Origin: Thermodesulfobacteriota bacterium
GTDB lineage: Bacteria; Desulfobacterota_D; UBA1144
Length of the DNA stretch: 64,000 nucleotides
Direction: 5' to 3'
NCBI GenBank assembly: GCA_036340075.1
Contig: JAYYZJ010000012.1
Coordinates: 109,696-173,695, forward strand
This document shows, piece by piece, positions 46,241-57,596 of the stretch (within the stretch, counting starts at the first letter, position 1; each line of letters begins with the position of its first letter). Below the pieces are notes generated by a model. That model made no database searches. It had not been told where the DNA came from and saw nothing but the letters and a program-made list of their open reading frames with translations. The position numbers and the translations under genes are program-made.

Positions 46241-47976
46241 TTTTCCATAGATTCTTCGTTAAGAGCTTTATTGTAAGCAATTAAAGCATCTCTCCTAGAT
46301 AAAATTCCTATTATTTTTTTTGATCCAGGTTGAGCTACAACTGGCAACATATCTCCTTTATCCCAATGTTTCAGAACTTCTAACATTGATTCCTCAGGGG
46401 TAACTGTATTAACTTTAACCGATGCTAAGTCTTTCATTATTACTACGTCTCTTAATTCATCTTCAAGCACCCATCCCCTGTAGTCTTGTACAGAAATAAT
46501 CCCAGACAAATTATCGTTTTCATCAATCAAAGGAAATGTTGTTAGTTGAGTAGTTGGTAAAAACTCTATGAACTTCCCTAGAGTCATCTTCTCCGGGATT
46601 GTTACCACACTCCTTTTCATTATTTCGCTTACTTTCATATTGCTCAGAATGTTCGATTCTTCATTTTGAATTAATTCAATATTATCTTTTTTGAAATAAC
46701 AAGATTCAAAAGATCTTCCAACTATTAATCTATATATTGATGTACCTATCACAGAGCTAACCATAATAGGTAAAACTGCTTGATATGTTTGAGTTATTTC
46801 AAAAGTAAAGAATATAGACGTTAATGGAGCTTGAGTCATTGCGGCAAGAAAAGTACCCATTCCAACTATTGCGTATGACGTAGTCAAATCACCAGTATCA
46901 ATAAGCTCGGAATACAACAAGGTCTCAACTCCGTAACCAAACATGTATCCACATATAGCACCTAAAAATATTGAAGGAGCAAAAATTCCACCAGGCCAGC
47001 CACTGCTTAATGTAATTGAGGTTGCTAATGGCTTCAATATCAATATTCCAGCAGCAATTAATAAAGTATATTCAACAGCAAAAATCTTCTTTAAAGACTC
47101 TGTGCCGTTCCCCAAAACATCAACACCAATGCCAAGTGGAGCGAAAGCGATTAATCCAAGAATAATTCCACCAGCTAATGGTCTTATCCTTTGTTCAGGG
47201 AAGATTTTTTCAAACCTTCTTTCTATAACAAAATGAAACTTTGTGAAGAAAGAAGAAGCTAAGCCTATCGCTACACCAAGCAAAGCATAAATTAAAAGCT
47301 CTTTGTAACTTACTAATAAGAAATCAACATTGTAAAAGATATTGTCAGAGCTGTAAAAACCGGCCACAACTGTTGCTGTAGCAGCGGATATGACAACAGG
47401 CAAAAAGCTTCTTATTTTTATGTTTCTTAATAAAGTTACTTCTTCAACAAATAAAACCCCAGTAATTGGTGCATTAAAGGTTGCAGCTATTGCTCCTGCA
47501 ATACCACAGGCAATAAATATTTTTAAATCAGCTTTTTTTATTCTTATTTTTTGTCCAACAATACTTCCAATTGAGCCACCAAGTTGTGCCATGGGTCCTT
47601 CTTGACCCACTGATCCACCAAACCCTAGAGAGATTATTTGCGAAAAAGCTTTAATTATAGTTTCTTTAATTGTTATTAAACCGCTGCCTTGCGAAACGTT
47701 ATGAATAAAAGTATGAAATTTGTACCCTAAGATGTCTTCCTTTTTTGCGAAATAAGTTAGAAAAAAAAGAATTAGTCCACCAACAATTGTTCCAAATATT
47801 ACCATTTTCTTCTCTATCAAAGGATCTAGAAAAGAAGAAGAAATTAAGTTGTATAAAGAATAAAATATGAAGTTAGAAAAACCCGCACAAATTCCAATTA
47901 TGAACCCAATCAAAATGAAATATGTATATTGATTGGTCCATAAATTAGCTACGGCATTACGTATCTTTCCACTCAT
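46237..47976 (-). CDS. ClC family chloride channel/antiporter with C-terminal CBS pair
   Basis: 579 aa. GGSVGQEGP and GGIFAPS selectivity-filter motifs and two CBS domains. Confidence 0.9.
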   Translation of the reverse strand: MSGKIRNAVANLWTNQYTYFILIGFIIGICAGFSNFIFYSLYNLISSSFLDPLIEKKMVIFGTIVGGLILFFLTYFAKKEDILGYKFHTFIHNVSQGSGLITIKETIIKAFSQIISLGFGGSVGQEGPMAQLGGSIGSIVGQKIRIKKADLKIFIACGIAGAIAATFNAPITGVLFVEEVTLLRNIKIRSFLPVVISAATATVVAGFYSSDNIFYNVDFLLVSYKELLIYALLGVAIGLASSFFTKFHFVIERRFEKIFPEQRIRPLAGGIILGLIAFAPLGIGVDVLGNGTESLKKIFAVEYTLLIAAGILILKPLATSITLSSGWPGGIFAPSIFLGAICGYMFGYGVETLLYSELIDTGDLTTSYAIVGMGTFLAAMTQAPLTSIFFTFEITQTYQAVLPIMVSSVIGTSIYRLIVGRSFESCYFKKDNIELIQNEESNILSNMKVSEIMKRSVVTIPEKMTLGKFIEFLPTTQLTTFPLIDENDNLSGIISVQDYRGWVLEDELRDVVIMKDLASVKVNTVTPEESMLEVLKHWDKGDMLPVVAQPGSKKIIGILSRRDALIAYNKALNEESMEN

Positions 47977-48061
47977 TTATATCTTCATATATTATCTCTA
48001 AATATTAAGTTTGACTATAAGATTGTTTCATGAGAAAATTTAGTCGTCTTAGGTTCTAGGA

Positions 48062-49300
48062 ATGTCATTAGGTAGCCCAGATCATTATTCTATAGCAAAT
48101 TTTTTCTTAGCGCTCGCAAGTATTTTCATATTCGGAAAAATTATTAGTTCCTTTTTTGTTAGAATTAAGCAGCCAGAAGTTTTAGGCGAGCTTATTGCTG
48201 GAGTATTGCTCGGAATCCTTGGTTTTATACCCCTCTATGGAGAATTGGGGTATGATTTTTTCCATCTTTTAGCAGAAGTGGGAGTTGCAATATTACTTTT
48301 TGAGATTGGACTGGAAACCGATCTCGAAGAGCTACTAAAAGTGGGAGTGCCATCTTTACTAGTTGGCCTAATTGGTGTAGTTGCGCCTTTTTTCTTAGGG
48401 TATTACTGCGTTTTTCTTTTAAATGACCTGGGTTTTCTTAGTTTTGAAACTGAAACAAGATTTTTTCTAACAGCGCTAACTATTGGAGCAACATTAACCG
48501 CGACAAGTGTTGGTATAACCGCAAGAGTATTATCTGAACTTAACAAGCTCAAGACAGTAGAAGCAAGAATTATATTAGGAGCAGCAGTAATAGATGATGT
48601 CATAGGACTAATAATATTAGCAGTTGTTAGCGCACTAATTGCCTCAGCTAGTGTAGGAGGAGGAGCCTCAATTGAAATTTCTTCAATAGGATTGATTGCT
48701 TTAAAAGCAATAGGCTTTATTTTTGTAGCCATTATTCTAGGAAATCTTTTTACAAGCAAACTTTTTATGTTTATTCATGGACTTAAAGCAAGAGGCAGCT
48801 TATTATTGGGCGCTTTAGCTTATACGTTTATTTTTGCTTATTTGGCTCAACTCGCAGGTTTAGCTCCAATCATAGGAGCATTTGCGGCTGGCTTATTATT
48901 GGCTAAGACAAATCAAAAAACTTTAATCGAAGATAGACTTAAGCCCGTGGCAGATGTATTTATACCAATATTTTTTATAATGGTAGGTTCAGCTGTTGAT
49001 GTCTCAGTGTTTAACCCCTTTATAAAGGAAAATATTGCTGTTATAATCTTAGCTTTAGTTTTACTAGTAATCGCGGTAGTTGGTAAATTAGTCAGTGGGA
49101 TGGGCGCTTTCTCTTTAAAGGCAGATAAATTTGTTATTGGGATTGGAATGATACCGAGAGGGGAGGTTGGTCTGATTTTTGCTTCTATGGGACTTCTTTC
49201 AGGGGTTCTAAGTAAGAGTGAATATTCGGCCTTAACTGTTATGGTGATGCTAACAACTTTCATTGCACCTCCGCTTCTTTACCGTTTTTTTAAGGACTAA
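48062..49300 (+). CDS. cation:proton antiporter (CPA2/Kef-NapA-like), membrane domain only
   Basis: 412 aa, about 12-13 TM helices, QPEVLGELIAGVLLG N-terminus typical of Na_H_Exchanger family proteins. Confidence 0.8.
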   Translation: MSLGSPDHYSIANFFLALASIFIFGKIISSFFVRIKQPEVLGELIAGVLLGILGFIPLYGELGYDFFHLLAEVGVAILLFEIGLETDLEELLKVGVPSLLVGLIGVVAPFFLGYYCVFLLNDLGFLSFETETRFFLTALTIGATLTATSVGITARVLSELNKLKTVEARIILGAAVIDDVIGLIILAVVSALIASASVGGGASIEISSIGLIALKAIGFIFVAIILGNLFTSKLFMFIHGLKARGSLLLGALAYTFIFAYLAQLAGLAPIIGAFAAGLLLAKTNQKTLIEDRLKPVADVFIPIFFIMVGSAVDVSVFNPFIKENIAVIILALVLLVIAVVGKLVSGMGAFSLKADKFVIGIGMIPRGEVGLIFASMGLLSGVLSKSEYSALTVMVMLTTFIAPPLLYRFFKD

Positions 49301-49303
49301 TTA

Positions 49304-49822
49304 ATGAGATTGCTTTTTATAACACTATTTATATTAACCACTAGTCAGGCGTTTTCAGCCGACTCTTCTAATGTTCTTGCAGTTGATATAACATTCTTTG
49401 TTCAGTTAGGAATATTCATCTTTATTATACTCTTTCTTAACAAATTCCTTTTCCAGCCTTTGCTTAATTTGAAAGATGATAGAGATATAGAAACTTTTGT
49501 AAAAATCGAAAGAGCAAAAAATATTGAAGAGGATTCAGATGAATTGAGCTCGGAATACAAAAATAGAATTTCAGATTTTAAGTTAGAGATGGAACAATCA
49601 TCAAATGAGAAAATTAGTGATGCAAAAAAACAAGCAGAACAAATAATCAAAGAAGCTGAAAAGGACTCTATTGAAAAGATTAAGGAAGCGAGAGAAAGTT
49701 TAAATTCAGAGGTTGTTGATTCGATTAAAAACCTCACGATTGATGATATAAAAATAAGTAATGATGATATATCAATAAAAATAAAAGAATTATCAAAGGT
49801 TATTAAAAGTAAAATAAATTAA
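49304..49822 (+). CDS. atpF2: ATP synthase F0 subunit b' (second b-type stalk subunit)
   Basis: 172 aa. One TM helix plus a long charged coiled coil, first gene of the atpF'FHAGDC block. Confidence 0.65.
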   Translation: MRLLFITLFILTTSQAFSADSSNVLAVDITFFVQLGIFIFIILFLNKFLFQPLLNLKDDRDIETFVKIERAKNIEEDSDELSSEYKNRISDFKLEMEQSSNEKISDAKKQAEQIIKEAEKDSIEKIKEARESLNSEVVDSIKNLTIDDIKISNDDISIKIKELSKVIKSKIN

Positions 49823-49823
49823 A

Positions 49824-50339
49824 ATGGTAGAAGATTTAAATATTGTAGGACAATTAAAGTTTGCTGCTCAACATTTGTTCAACCTTGTACTTTTTTGTGC
49901 TTTGTTGTTTTACCTGTTGAGGAAACCAATTTCATCCTTTTTTGCATCGAGAAGTGAAAAAATCAAGAACGAAATGGAAGAAGCAACAAATATTATTGAT
50001 AATGCACAGAAAGATTATGATGATAATTCAGAAAAATTAAAATTAATTGATTCAGAGATGAGCTCAATTAGAAACTCTATTGATGTTATTACCAACAAAA
50101 AGGTTGGAGAAATTATTGAGAATGCTAACTCTATAGCTACAAAGATAAGAAATGATACTTCAGATGTAATTTTACTAGAGTCAAAGAACTTAAAAAGTAA
50201 TGTAGAGTTTGAAATATTGAATAAGGCAATTGAATTAGCCGAACAGGAATCAAAACAAGATATAGATGAACAAAAAGACAAGACTTTGATTTTATCTTTC
50301 TTAGAGGAGGTTAAGTCCAATGTCATCAGCAACAGTTAA
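49824..50339 (+). CDS. atpF: ATP synthase F0 subunit b
   Basis: 171 aa. N-terminal TM helix, LRKPISSFFASRSEKIKNEMEEA, then a coiled coil. Confidence 0.8.
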   Translation: MVEDLNIVGQLKFAAQHLFNLVLFCALLFYLLRKPISSFFASRSEKIKNEMEEATNIIDNAQKDYDDNSEKLKLIDSEMSSIRNSIDVITNKKVGEIIENANSIATKIRNDTSDVILLESKNLKSNVEFEILNKAIELAEQESKQDIDEQKDKTLILSFLEEVKSNVISNS

Positions 50340-50856
50340 CGACTTATTTCAAGCTATAACTTCAAATTCATTATCCAAAGAAGAACTTAATAAGGTATAT
50401 GAAGGACTTTCCCAATTTGTGGAGGTCTATAATACTAATAAAGATGTTAGGTCGTGCTTATCGAATGATATCTATCCTTCTTCTGTAAAAGTGACAATAA
50501 TTGATGAAATTGTCCCTGATTCAAAGCACACCAGAAAATTCTTGGAGACCCTAATAGAGTTCAACTTGCTTAAATCTTTCATAGATTCAAGAGAATTTTT
50601 TCTTAAGAAACTAAGGTTGGTTTTAGGTAGAATTAAGATTGAAGTTACAACGATTGATACAAGTCGGCAGGAAAAATTACAGCTAATAAAAGAAAACCTG
50701 CAAAATATATGGGGCCAGAATATAGAGATTAATTTTGTAGAGGACTCTAGCATTATAGGTGGTTTGTTGCTTCAAGTAGAAGACAAATTTTTTGATGGTT
50801 CTTTACATGGAAAAATAACAGAATTAAAAAATCTTAATCTTAAAGGAGAGATTTAA
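50320..50856 (+). CDS. atpH: ATP synthase F1 subunit delta (OSCP)
   Basis: 178 aa. C-terminal [18 protein letters not shown] motif typical of delta. Position between b and alpha. Confidence 0.85.
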   Translation: MSSATVNDLFQAITSNSLSKEELNKVYEGLSQFVEVYNTNKDVRSCLSNDIYPSSVKVTIIDEIVPDSKHTRKFLETLIEFNLLKSFIDSREFFLKKLRLVLGRIKIEVTTIDTSRQEKLQLIKENLQNIWGQNIEINFVEDSSIIGGLLLQVEDKFFDGSLHGKITELKNLNLKGEI

Positions 50857-52361
50857 TGTCAGAGGTAGATATACAAAGTATAAGTGATCAATTAATACAA
50901 AAGATACAGGGGATAGAAGCTGATTTTAAATCCGACGAAGTTGGCACAGTTACTTCTGTTGGAGACGGAATTGCTAAAGTCTATGGTTTAGATAAAGCTA
51001 TGGCTGGAGAACTAGTATCTTTTGATAGTGGTGTTTTTGGCTTAGTTCTAAATTTAGAAGAAGATAGTGTTGGAGTTGCTATATTTGGAGCTGATGATTT
51101 AGTTCTTGAAGGAGACAAAGTAAAGAGAACCGGAGAAGTAGCCAAAGTAGGAGTTGGAGATCAAATGTTAGGAAGAGTTGTCGACGGTTTAGGCAGACCT
51201 GTTGACGGAAAAGGAGATATTGCAGCAGAAAGTTCAATGCCAGTAGAAATCAAAGCCCCAGGAGTTATTGTAAGGAAGTCCGTTCACGAGCCTTTGCAAA
51301 CAGGAATTAAAGCAATTGACTCAATGATTCCAATTGGTAGAGGTCAAAGAGAATTAATTTTAGGAGATAGACAAACTGGAAAGACTGCTATAGCAGTTGA
51401 TACAATAATTAATCAGAAAGGAAAAAATGTATATTGTATTTATGTTGCAATTGGTCAGAAACAATCAACTGTAGCCCAAGTTGTTGAAAAATTAAAAGAG
51501 AACGGAGCTTTTGATTACACAACTGTTGTAGCTGCAAATGCTAGTGACCCCGCACCTTATCAATTCTTGGCACCATTTACTGGTTGTGCAATAGGTGAAT
51601 TTTTTAGAGATTCCGGAAGACATGCATTGGTAATATACGATGATTTAACAAAACATGCTTATGCATATAGACAGCTTTCTCTTCTTTTAAGAAGACCTCC
51701 TGGCAGAGAAGCGTATCCAGGTGACGTTTTCTATCTTCACTCTAGACTTCTTGAAAGAGCTGCAAAAATGAGTGACGAAGAAGGTGGCGGTTCTTTAACG
51801 GCCCTACCTATAATTGAAACACAAGCAGGCGATGTTTCTGCTTATATCCCGACAAACGTTATATCTATTACTGATGGACAGATTTACTTAGAAACGGATT
51901 TATTTTATTCGGGGGTCAGACCTGCGATTAATGTGGGCTTATCAGTTTCTAGAGTTGGGGGCTCAGCTCAAGTTAAAAGTATGAAGAAAGTAGCAGGTAC
52001 TTTAAGATTAGATCTTGCTCAATATAGGGAAGTCGAGGCATTTTCTCAATTTGCTTCAGACCTGGATGATGCAACCAAATCTCAACTAGAACGAGGTTCA
52101 AGATTAGTTGAAGCACTGAAGCAAGGCCAATATGTTCCACTTCCGGTAGAAAAACAGGTTCTGTTAACATTTGCTGTCACTAATGGTTATGCAGATGATG
52201 TAGAAGTTGCTCAAATCGGAGATTATGAGCAGAAATTATATGATTATTTTGAAGCGAATCATAAAGAATTAATGGAGAAATTGAAAGGTGACTATTCTGA
52301 TGAAATTGTTTCATCTTTAAAAGAAGGGTTAGAAAAATTTAAAGGAGCATATATATCCTAA
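50856..52361 (+). CDS. atpA: ATP synthase F1 subunit alpha
   Basis: 501 aa. GDRQTGKT Walker A and highly conserved alpha sequence throughout. Confidence 0.98.
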   Translation: MSEVDIQSISDQLIQKIQGIEADFKSDEVGTVTSVGDGIAKVYGLDKAMAGELVSFDSGVFGLVLNLEEDSVGVAIFGADDLVLEGDKVKRTGEVAKVGVGDQMLGRVVDGLGRPVDGKGDIAAESSMPVEIKAPGVIVRKSVHEPLQTGIKAIDSMIPIGRGQRELILGDRQTGKTAIAVDTIINQKGKNVYCIYVAIGQKQSTVAQVVEKLKENGAFDYTTVVAANASDPAPYQFLAPFTGCAIGEFFRDSGRHALVIYDDLTKHAYAYRQLSLLLRRPPGREAYPGDVFYLHSRLLERAAKMSDEEGGGSLTALPIIETQAGDVSAYIPTNVISITDGQIYLETDLFYSGVRPAINVGLSVSRVGGSAQVKSMKKVAGTLRLDLAQYREVEAFSQFASDLDDATKSQLERGSRLVEALKQGQYVPLPVEKQVLLTFAVTNGYADDVEVAQIGDYEQKLYDYFEANHKELMEKLKGDYSDEIVSSLKEGLEKFKGAYIS

Positions 52362-52362
52362 A

Positions 52363-53214
52363 ATGCCAAGCTTAAAAGAAATAAGAACAAAAATAGCAAG
52401 TGTAAAAAGTACTAAAAGAATAATGCAAGCTATGAAAATGATTGCTACAGTCAAATATGCGAAGACACAAATTATGCTCAGTTCGTTCCGACCTTATTTT
52501 GAAGCTTATAGAAAAATTGTATCTGTAGTTTCTAATTCTTCTGGTGATTCAAATAATAAATTTCTTGAATCAAGCAAACAGAAAGGGAGGTCGCTTTTAG
52601 TAATAATTTCTTCTGACAGAGGATTATGTGGTTCATATAATGCAAGTTTGTTTAGACTAATTGAAAAATACAACTTCCCGCAAAAAGAAATAACTAAACT
52701 TTTTGTAGGAAAGAAGGGACAAGATTACTTTAAAGAAGAAAGCTTTGGCGATGAAGTTTTTTCAGTTGATGAAAAAAATTATAAAATTGTATCAGAAAAT
52801 GTCACAAATACTTTCATTCAACCCTTTCTAGATGATGATTTTGATGAGGTTTATATAGCTTATAATAAATTTGTAAGTGCTATAACTCAGGTTCCAACTA
52901 TTGCCAAAATTTTGCCAATTGATCTTGATTCTTCAGACGAAGAAGATTTAACAGGCTCTGATATTTTAATAGAACCAGATTCAAATTCGTTTATCGAAAC
53001 AGTGTTTCCTAAGTTTTTAAATTTGACTGTATCCAGCCTACTTCTAGAATCTGTTACAAGTGAACATGCAGCTCGAACAGCGGCTATGGATAATGCTACA
53101 AGAAATGCAGACGAAATAATAAGAGAAACGACTATGTTATTTAATAAAACTAGACAGGCATACATTACAACAGAACTAATGGATATTGTTAATGGAGCCG
53201 AGGCTATAAAATAA
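52363..53214 (+). CDS. atpG: ATP synthase F1 subunit gamma
   Basis: 283 aa. MPSLKEIRTKI.SVKST.RIMQAMKMIA N-terminus and ITTELMDIV..AEA C-terminus. Confidence 0.95.
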   Translation: MPSLKEIRTKIASVKSTKRIMQAMKMIATVKYAKTQIMLSSFRPYFEAYRKIVSVVSNSSGDSNNKFLESSKQKGRSLLVIISSDRGLCGSYNASLFRLIEKYNFPQKEITKLFVGKKGQDYFKEESFGDEVFSVDEKNYKIVSENVTNTFIQPFLDDDFDEVYIAYNKFVSAITQVPTIAKILPIDLDSSDEEDLTGSDILIEPDSNSFIETVFPKFLNLTVSSLLLESVTSEHAARTAAMDNATRNADEIIRETTMLFNKTRQAYITTELMDIVNGAEAIK

Positions 53215-54639
<1,425 letters not shown>

Positions 54640-54643
54640 TTAA

Positions 54644-54907
54644 ATGGCAAATTCATTTAAATTGAAAATTTATACTGCGGAACAAATGCTATTTGATGGC
54701 CAAGCTGATTATATTTCAGCAAAAAATTCTGCTGGAGAGTTTGGAGCTTTTGCCGGACATACAACTTTTTCTTCAGATATTGTTGACGGAAAAATTCAAA
54801 TTAAGTCTGAAGATGGTACAGAAAAGAATATTGAGAATGGTCCAGGCGTAATAAGTATTAAATTAGATGAAATTATAATTGCTCTTGAGTCCGGAACTTT
54901 AAGCTAA
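54644..54907 (+). CDS. atpC: ATP synthase F1 subunit epsilon, beta-sandwich domain only
   Basis: 87 aa, follows atpD by 4 nt. The pattern F.L.I.T....F.G.......A..GEFG...GH fits the epsilon N-domain. There is no C-terminal helical hairpin. Confidence 0.8.
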   Translation: MANSFKLKIYTAEQMLFDGQADYISAKNSAGEFGAFAGHTTFSSDIVDGKIQIKSEDGTEKNIENGPGVISIKLDEIIIALESGTLS

Positions 54908-54914
54908 TAAGTTT

Positions 54915-56234
54915 TTATTCGTAGTAATAATCTAGCCCTAAATGATTTATTGTTTCTTCCCCTGCAAGAAATCTTAATGTGTTTTTCAACTTCATTGATT
55001 GAATAAATATGTCATGTTCAGGATATAGGCCTTCAGCATGCATAGGACTTTTAAAATAAAAAGACATCCATTCTTGTATTCCTTTCATTCCTGAACGTTG
55101 AGCTAAATCCATAAATATTATCAAATCTAGAACTATTGGAGCAGCTAAAATACTATCTCTACAGAGAAAATTAACTTTGATTTGCATTGGATACCCTAAC
55201 CAGCCAAATATATCGATATTGTCCCATGCCTCTTTCTGGTCTCCTCTAGGAGGATAATAATTAATTCTTACTTTGTGATAAAAATCTCCATATAGTTGAG
55301 GATGTAGTTCTGGCTGAAATATATGATCCAATACACTCAGTTTACTTTCTTCTTTAGTACGAAAATTTTTAGGATTGTCTAATACTTCGCCATCTCTATT
55401 TCCTAGTATATTTGTTGAAAACCAACCATTAAGACCCAAAAGTCTACTTTTGATTCCTGGAGCTAATATTGTCTTCATCAATGTCTGGCCAGTCTTAAAA
55501 TCTTTTCCAGCAATTGGAACATTATTTTTAATGCTTAATTGAGTTAATGCAGGTATATCAGCAGATAAATTTGGTGCCCCGTTTGCATATGCAGCACCAC
55601 ATTTAATTGCCGCATAAGCATAAATCATGCTAGGAGAAATATTCTTATCATTATTTTTAAGACCTTTTTCAAATTCTGCAAGACTATTATGAACTTTACT
55701 TTTTTTCATAAAAATCTCTGTGCTACCACACCAAATCATAACTAGTCTTTTAATCTTTTTACTAGATTTGAACTCTTCAATATCGTTGATTAGCTCTTGA
55801 GCAAGTTTTAAATAATTCTTTTCTTTCTTTACATTTTTACCTTTAAGATTAGAAGCATATTTTTTATTAAAAACGGCGTCTTTTGGAACAATAGATTCCA
55901 ATGAAGGTTTAATCTGATTAAGAATAGTTTCGTCTAGAACACCAGCTTTAAGAGCCGCTTCATAACAATTTTCTTTATAAACATCCCAACCAAAAAATTC
56001 TAAATCCTCTATATCGGCTAAAGGAACAAGGTCTTTAATTAAAGGAGACTTTTTTTTAGTCCTCTTTCCTAGTCTAATTGTTCCCATGTGAGATAAGGAT
56101 CCATATAATTCTCCTATACCCAATTTATATGCTTCAATACCAGCGATAAAAGAAGTGCTTACAGCACCACCAATTCCTGGAATTAGAACACCCAGTTTGC
56201 CTTTTGGAGATGAAATCTTAAATTTTTTTTTCAT
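54915..56234 (-). CDS. inositol-3-phosphate synthase (myo-inositol-1-phosphate synthase)
   Basis: 439 aa. GIGGAVSTSF Rossmann start, AGKDFKTGQTLMKT, GWFSTNILGNRDG, CRDSILAAPIVLDL. Confidence 0.75.
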   Translation of the reverse strand: MKKKFKISSPKGKLGVLIPGIGGAVSTSFIAGIEAYKLGIGELYGSLSHMGTIRLGKRTKKKSPLIKDLVPLADIEDLEFFGWDVYKENCYEAALKAGVLDETILNQIKPSLESIVPKDAVFNKKYASNLKGKNVKKEKNYLKLAQELINDIEEFKSSKKIKRLVMIWCGSTEIFMKKSKVHNSLAEFEKGLKNNDKNISPSMIYAYAAIKCGAAYANGAPNLSADIPALTQLSIKNNVPIAGKDFKTGQTLMKTILAPGIKSRLLGLNGWFSTNILGNRDGEVLDNPKNFRTKEESKLSVLDHIFQPELHPQLYGDFYHKVRINYYPPRGDQKEAWDNIDIFGWLGYPMQIKVNFLCRDSILAAPIVLDLIIFMDLAQRSGMKGIQEWMSFYFKSPMHAEGLYPEHDIFIQSMKLKNTLRFLAGEETINHLGLDYYYE

Positions 56235-56244
56235 TAAACAATTT

Positions 56245-56634
56245 TTATCTCTTAGAGAATTGGGAACCTCTTCTTGCTTTCTTCATTCCATACTTCTTGC
56301 TTTCGACCATCCTAGAATCTCTTGATAATAAGCCTTTAGGTTTTAATTTAGAGCGTAAGGATTCATTGTAAAGTACAAGAGCTTTTGATATCCCCAATCT
56401 AACAGCACCTGATTGTCCGGTGAGGCCACCACCAAGAACTGAAATACTAAAATCAAAATCGTTTTTTGTATCAGTTAAATTTAATGCTTCAATAGCATGA
56501 CTCACCCATGCATCTCTAGGAAAATATTCATTAATATCTCTTTTGTTTATTTTAATCTGACCGGTTCCTTTGCTCAGCCAAACCTTTGCTATTGCATTTT
56601 TTCTTCTTCCAGTTGCATAATATTTTTCAGACAT
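56245..56634 (-). CDS. rpsI: 30S ribosomal protein S9
   Basis: 129 aa. YYATGRRK.A.A.V and the C-terminal KKYG.KKARR..QFSKR. Confidence 0.97.
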   Translation of the reverse strand: MSEKYYATGRRKNAIAKVWLSKGTGQIKINKRDINEYFPRDAWVSHAIEALNLTDTKNDFDFSISVLGGGLTGQSGAVRLGISKALVLYNESLRSKLKPKGLLSRDSRMVESKKYGMKKARRGSQFSKR

Positions 56635-56635
56635 A

Positions 56636-57037
56636 TTAAACCTCTATTGCCTCTGGGTTTTGTGATTTATGTGGGTGAGATGAATCAGAGTACACTTTTA
56701 ATCTTTTCATAAGAACAGATTGATTTTTGTTCTTTGGAAGCATTCCTCTTACAGCTTTTCGTAAGACTTCTGCAGAATCTTTTTGAATCAAGTCATCTGC
56801 TTTTATGCTTCTCAATCCACCAGGATAACCAGTATTCTTATAGTAAAACTTATGTTCTAATTTCTTCCCAGTGAATTTAACTTCATCGCTATTAATAACT
56901 ATTACACAATCTCCACTGTCTGCACCAGGAGTATAAGATGGCTTGTTCTTTCCAATTAAAAAACTTGCTACCTTAGATGCTAGCCTACCTACAATTTTCC
57001 CTTTAGCGTCAATTAATAACCATTTTTTATTGCTCAT
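56636..57037 (-). CDS. rplM: 50S ribosomal protein L13
   Basis: 133 aa. KWLLIDAKGKIVGRLAS.VA..L.GK.KP.YTP and MLPKN. Confidence 0.97.
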   Translation of the reverse strand: MSNKKWLLIDAKGKIVGRLASKVASFLIGKNKPSYTPGADSGDCVIVINSDEVKFTGKKLEHKFYYKNTGYPGGLRSIKADDLIQKDSAEVLRKAVRGMLPKNKNQSVLMKRLKVYSDSSHPHKSQNPEAIEV

Positions 57038-57167
57038 TTTGTACCCGAAATAAATAATTTCAAGCTATTATATTACTGTAATGCTTATCCATGTCAAGAA
57101 AAGGACTGTATTATCTACTTGACTCTTGGGTATAATATCATTGGCTGTTATAATTTTTTGAAGAGAT

Positions 57168-57578
57168 ATGCAAGTAAGTAAAACATTAGATTATGCTGTT
57201 AGGTCTTTAGTACATATTGCTGAAGGTGCAGACGTTGTGTCAACAATCAAAGGGATATCTTCCAAACAACATATCCCACAGAATTACCTTGCAAAAATAA
57301 TGAGAAAATTGGTTCAAAGAGGAATCCTTACATCTTCTCCTGGACCTGAAGGGGGATATAGTTTAAAAAGGAAAACAAATGAAATAACCTTGAAAGATAT
57401 CTATGAGGCTATCGAAGGAGATATGCAACTTGTAGATTGTATGGACAAAGGGGAGATTTGCGAACTCTTCGATGCATGTAATCAAAGAACAGTTTGGGAT
57501 CATTTGCAATTAAATACACTAAATTTTTTGGCAAATATAAGTTTGAAAGATATTACAGAGAACAATTATAAAGTTTAA
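57168..57578 (+). CDS. Rrf2 family transcriptional regulator with Cys-x6-Cys-x5-Cys cluster-binding motif
   Basis: 136 aa. The N-terminal wHTH (TLDYAVRSLVHIA) and VDCMDKGEICELFDAC give three Cys arranged as in Fe-S-sensing Rrf2 regulators. Located upstream of sufBCD. Confidence 0.85.
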   Translation: MQVSKTLDYAVRSLVHIAEGADVVSTIKGISSKQHIPQNYLAKIMRKLVQRGILTSSPGPEGGYSLKRKTNEITLKDIYEAIEGDMQLVDCMDKGEICELFDACNQRTVWDHLQLNTLNFLANISLKDITENNYKV

Positions 57579-57596
57579 TTTTAATTAGGTGTAAAA

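Noticed and set aside
57060-57167. Candidate Rrf2/IscR operator upstream of the Rrf2-sufBCD operon (ATTAC-T-GTAAT palindrome at about 57078..57088 and a CTTGACT half-site near 57116..57123).
   Set aside because: Only a half-site resembles the IscR type-1 motif as I recall it, and short A/T palindromes are expected by chance in this composition. The support is not strong enough to annotate.
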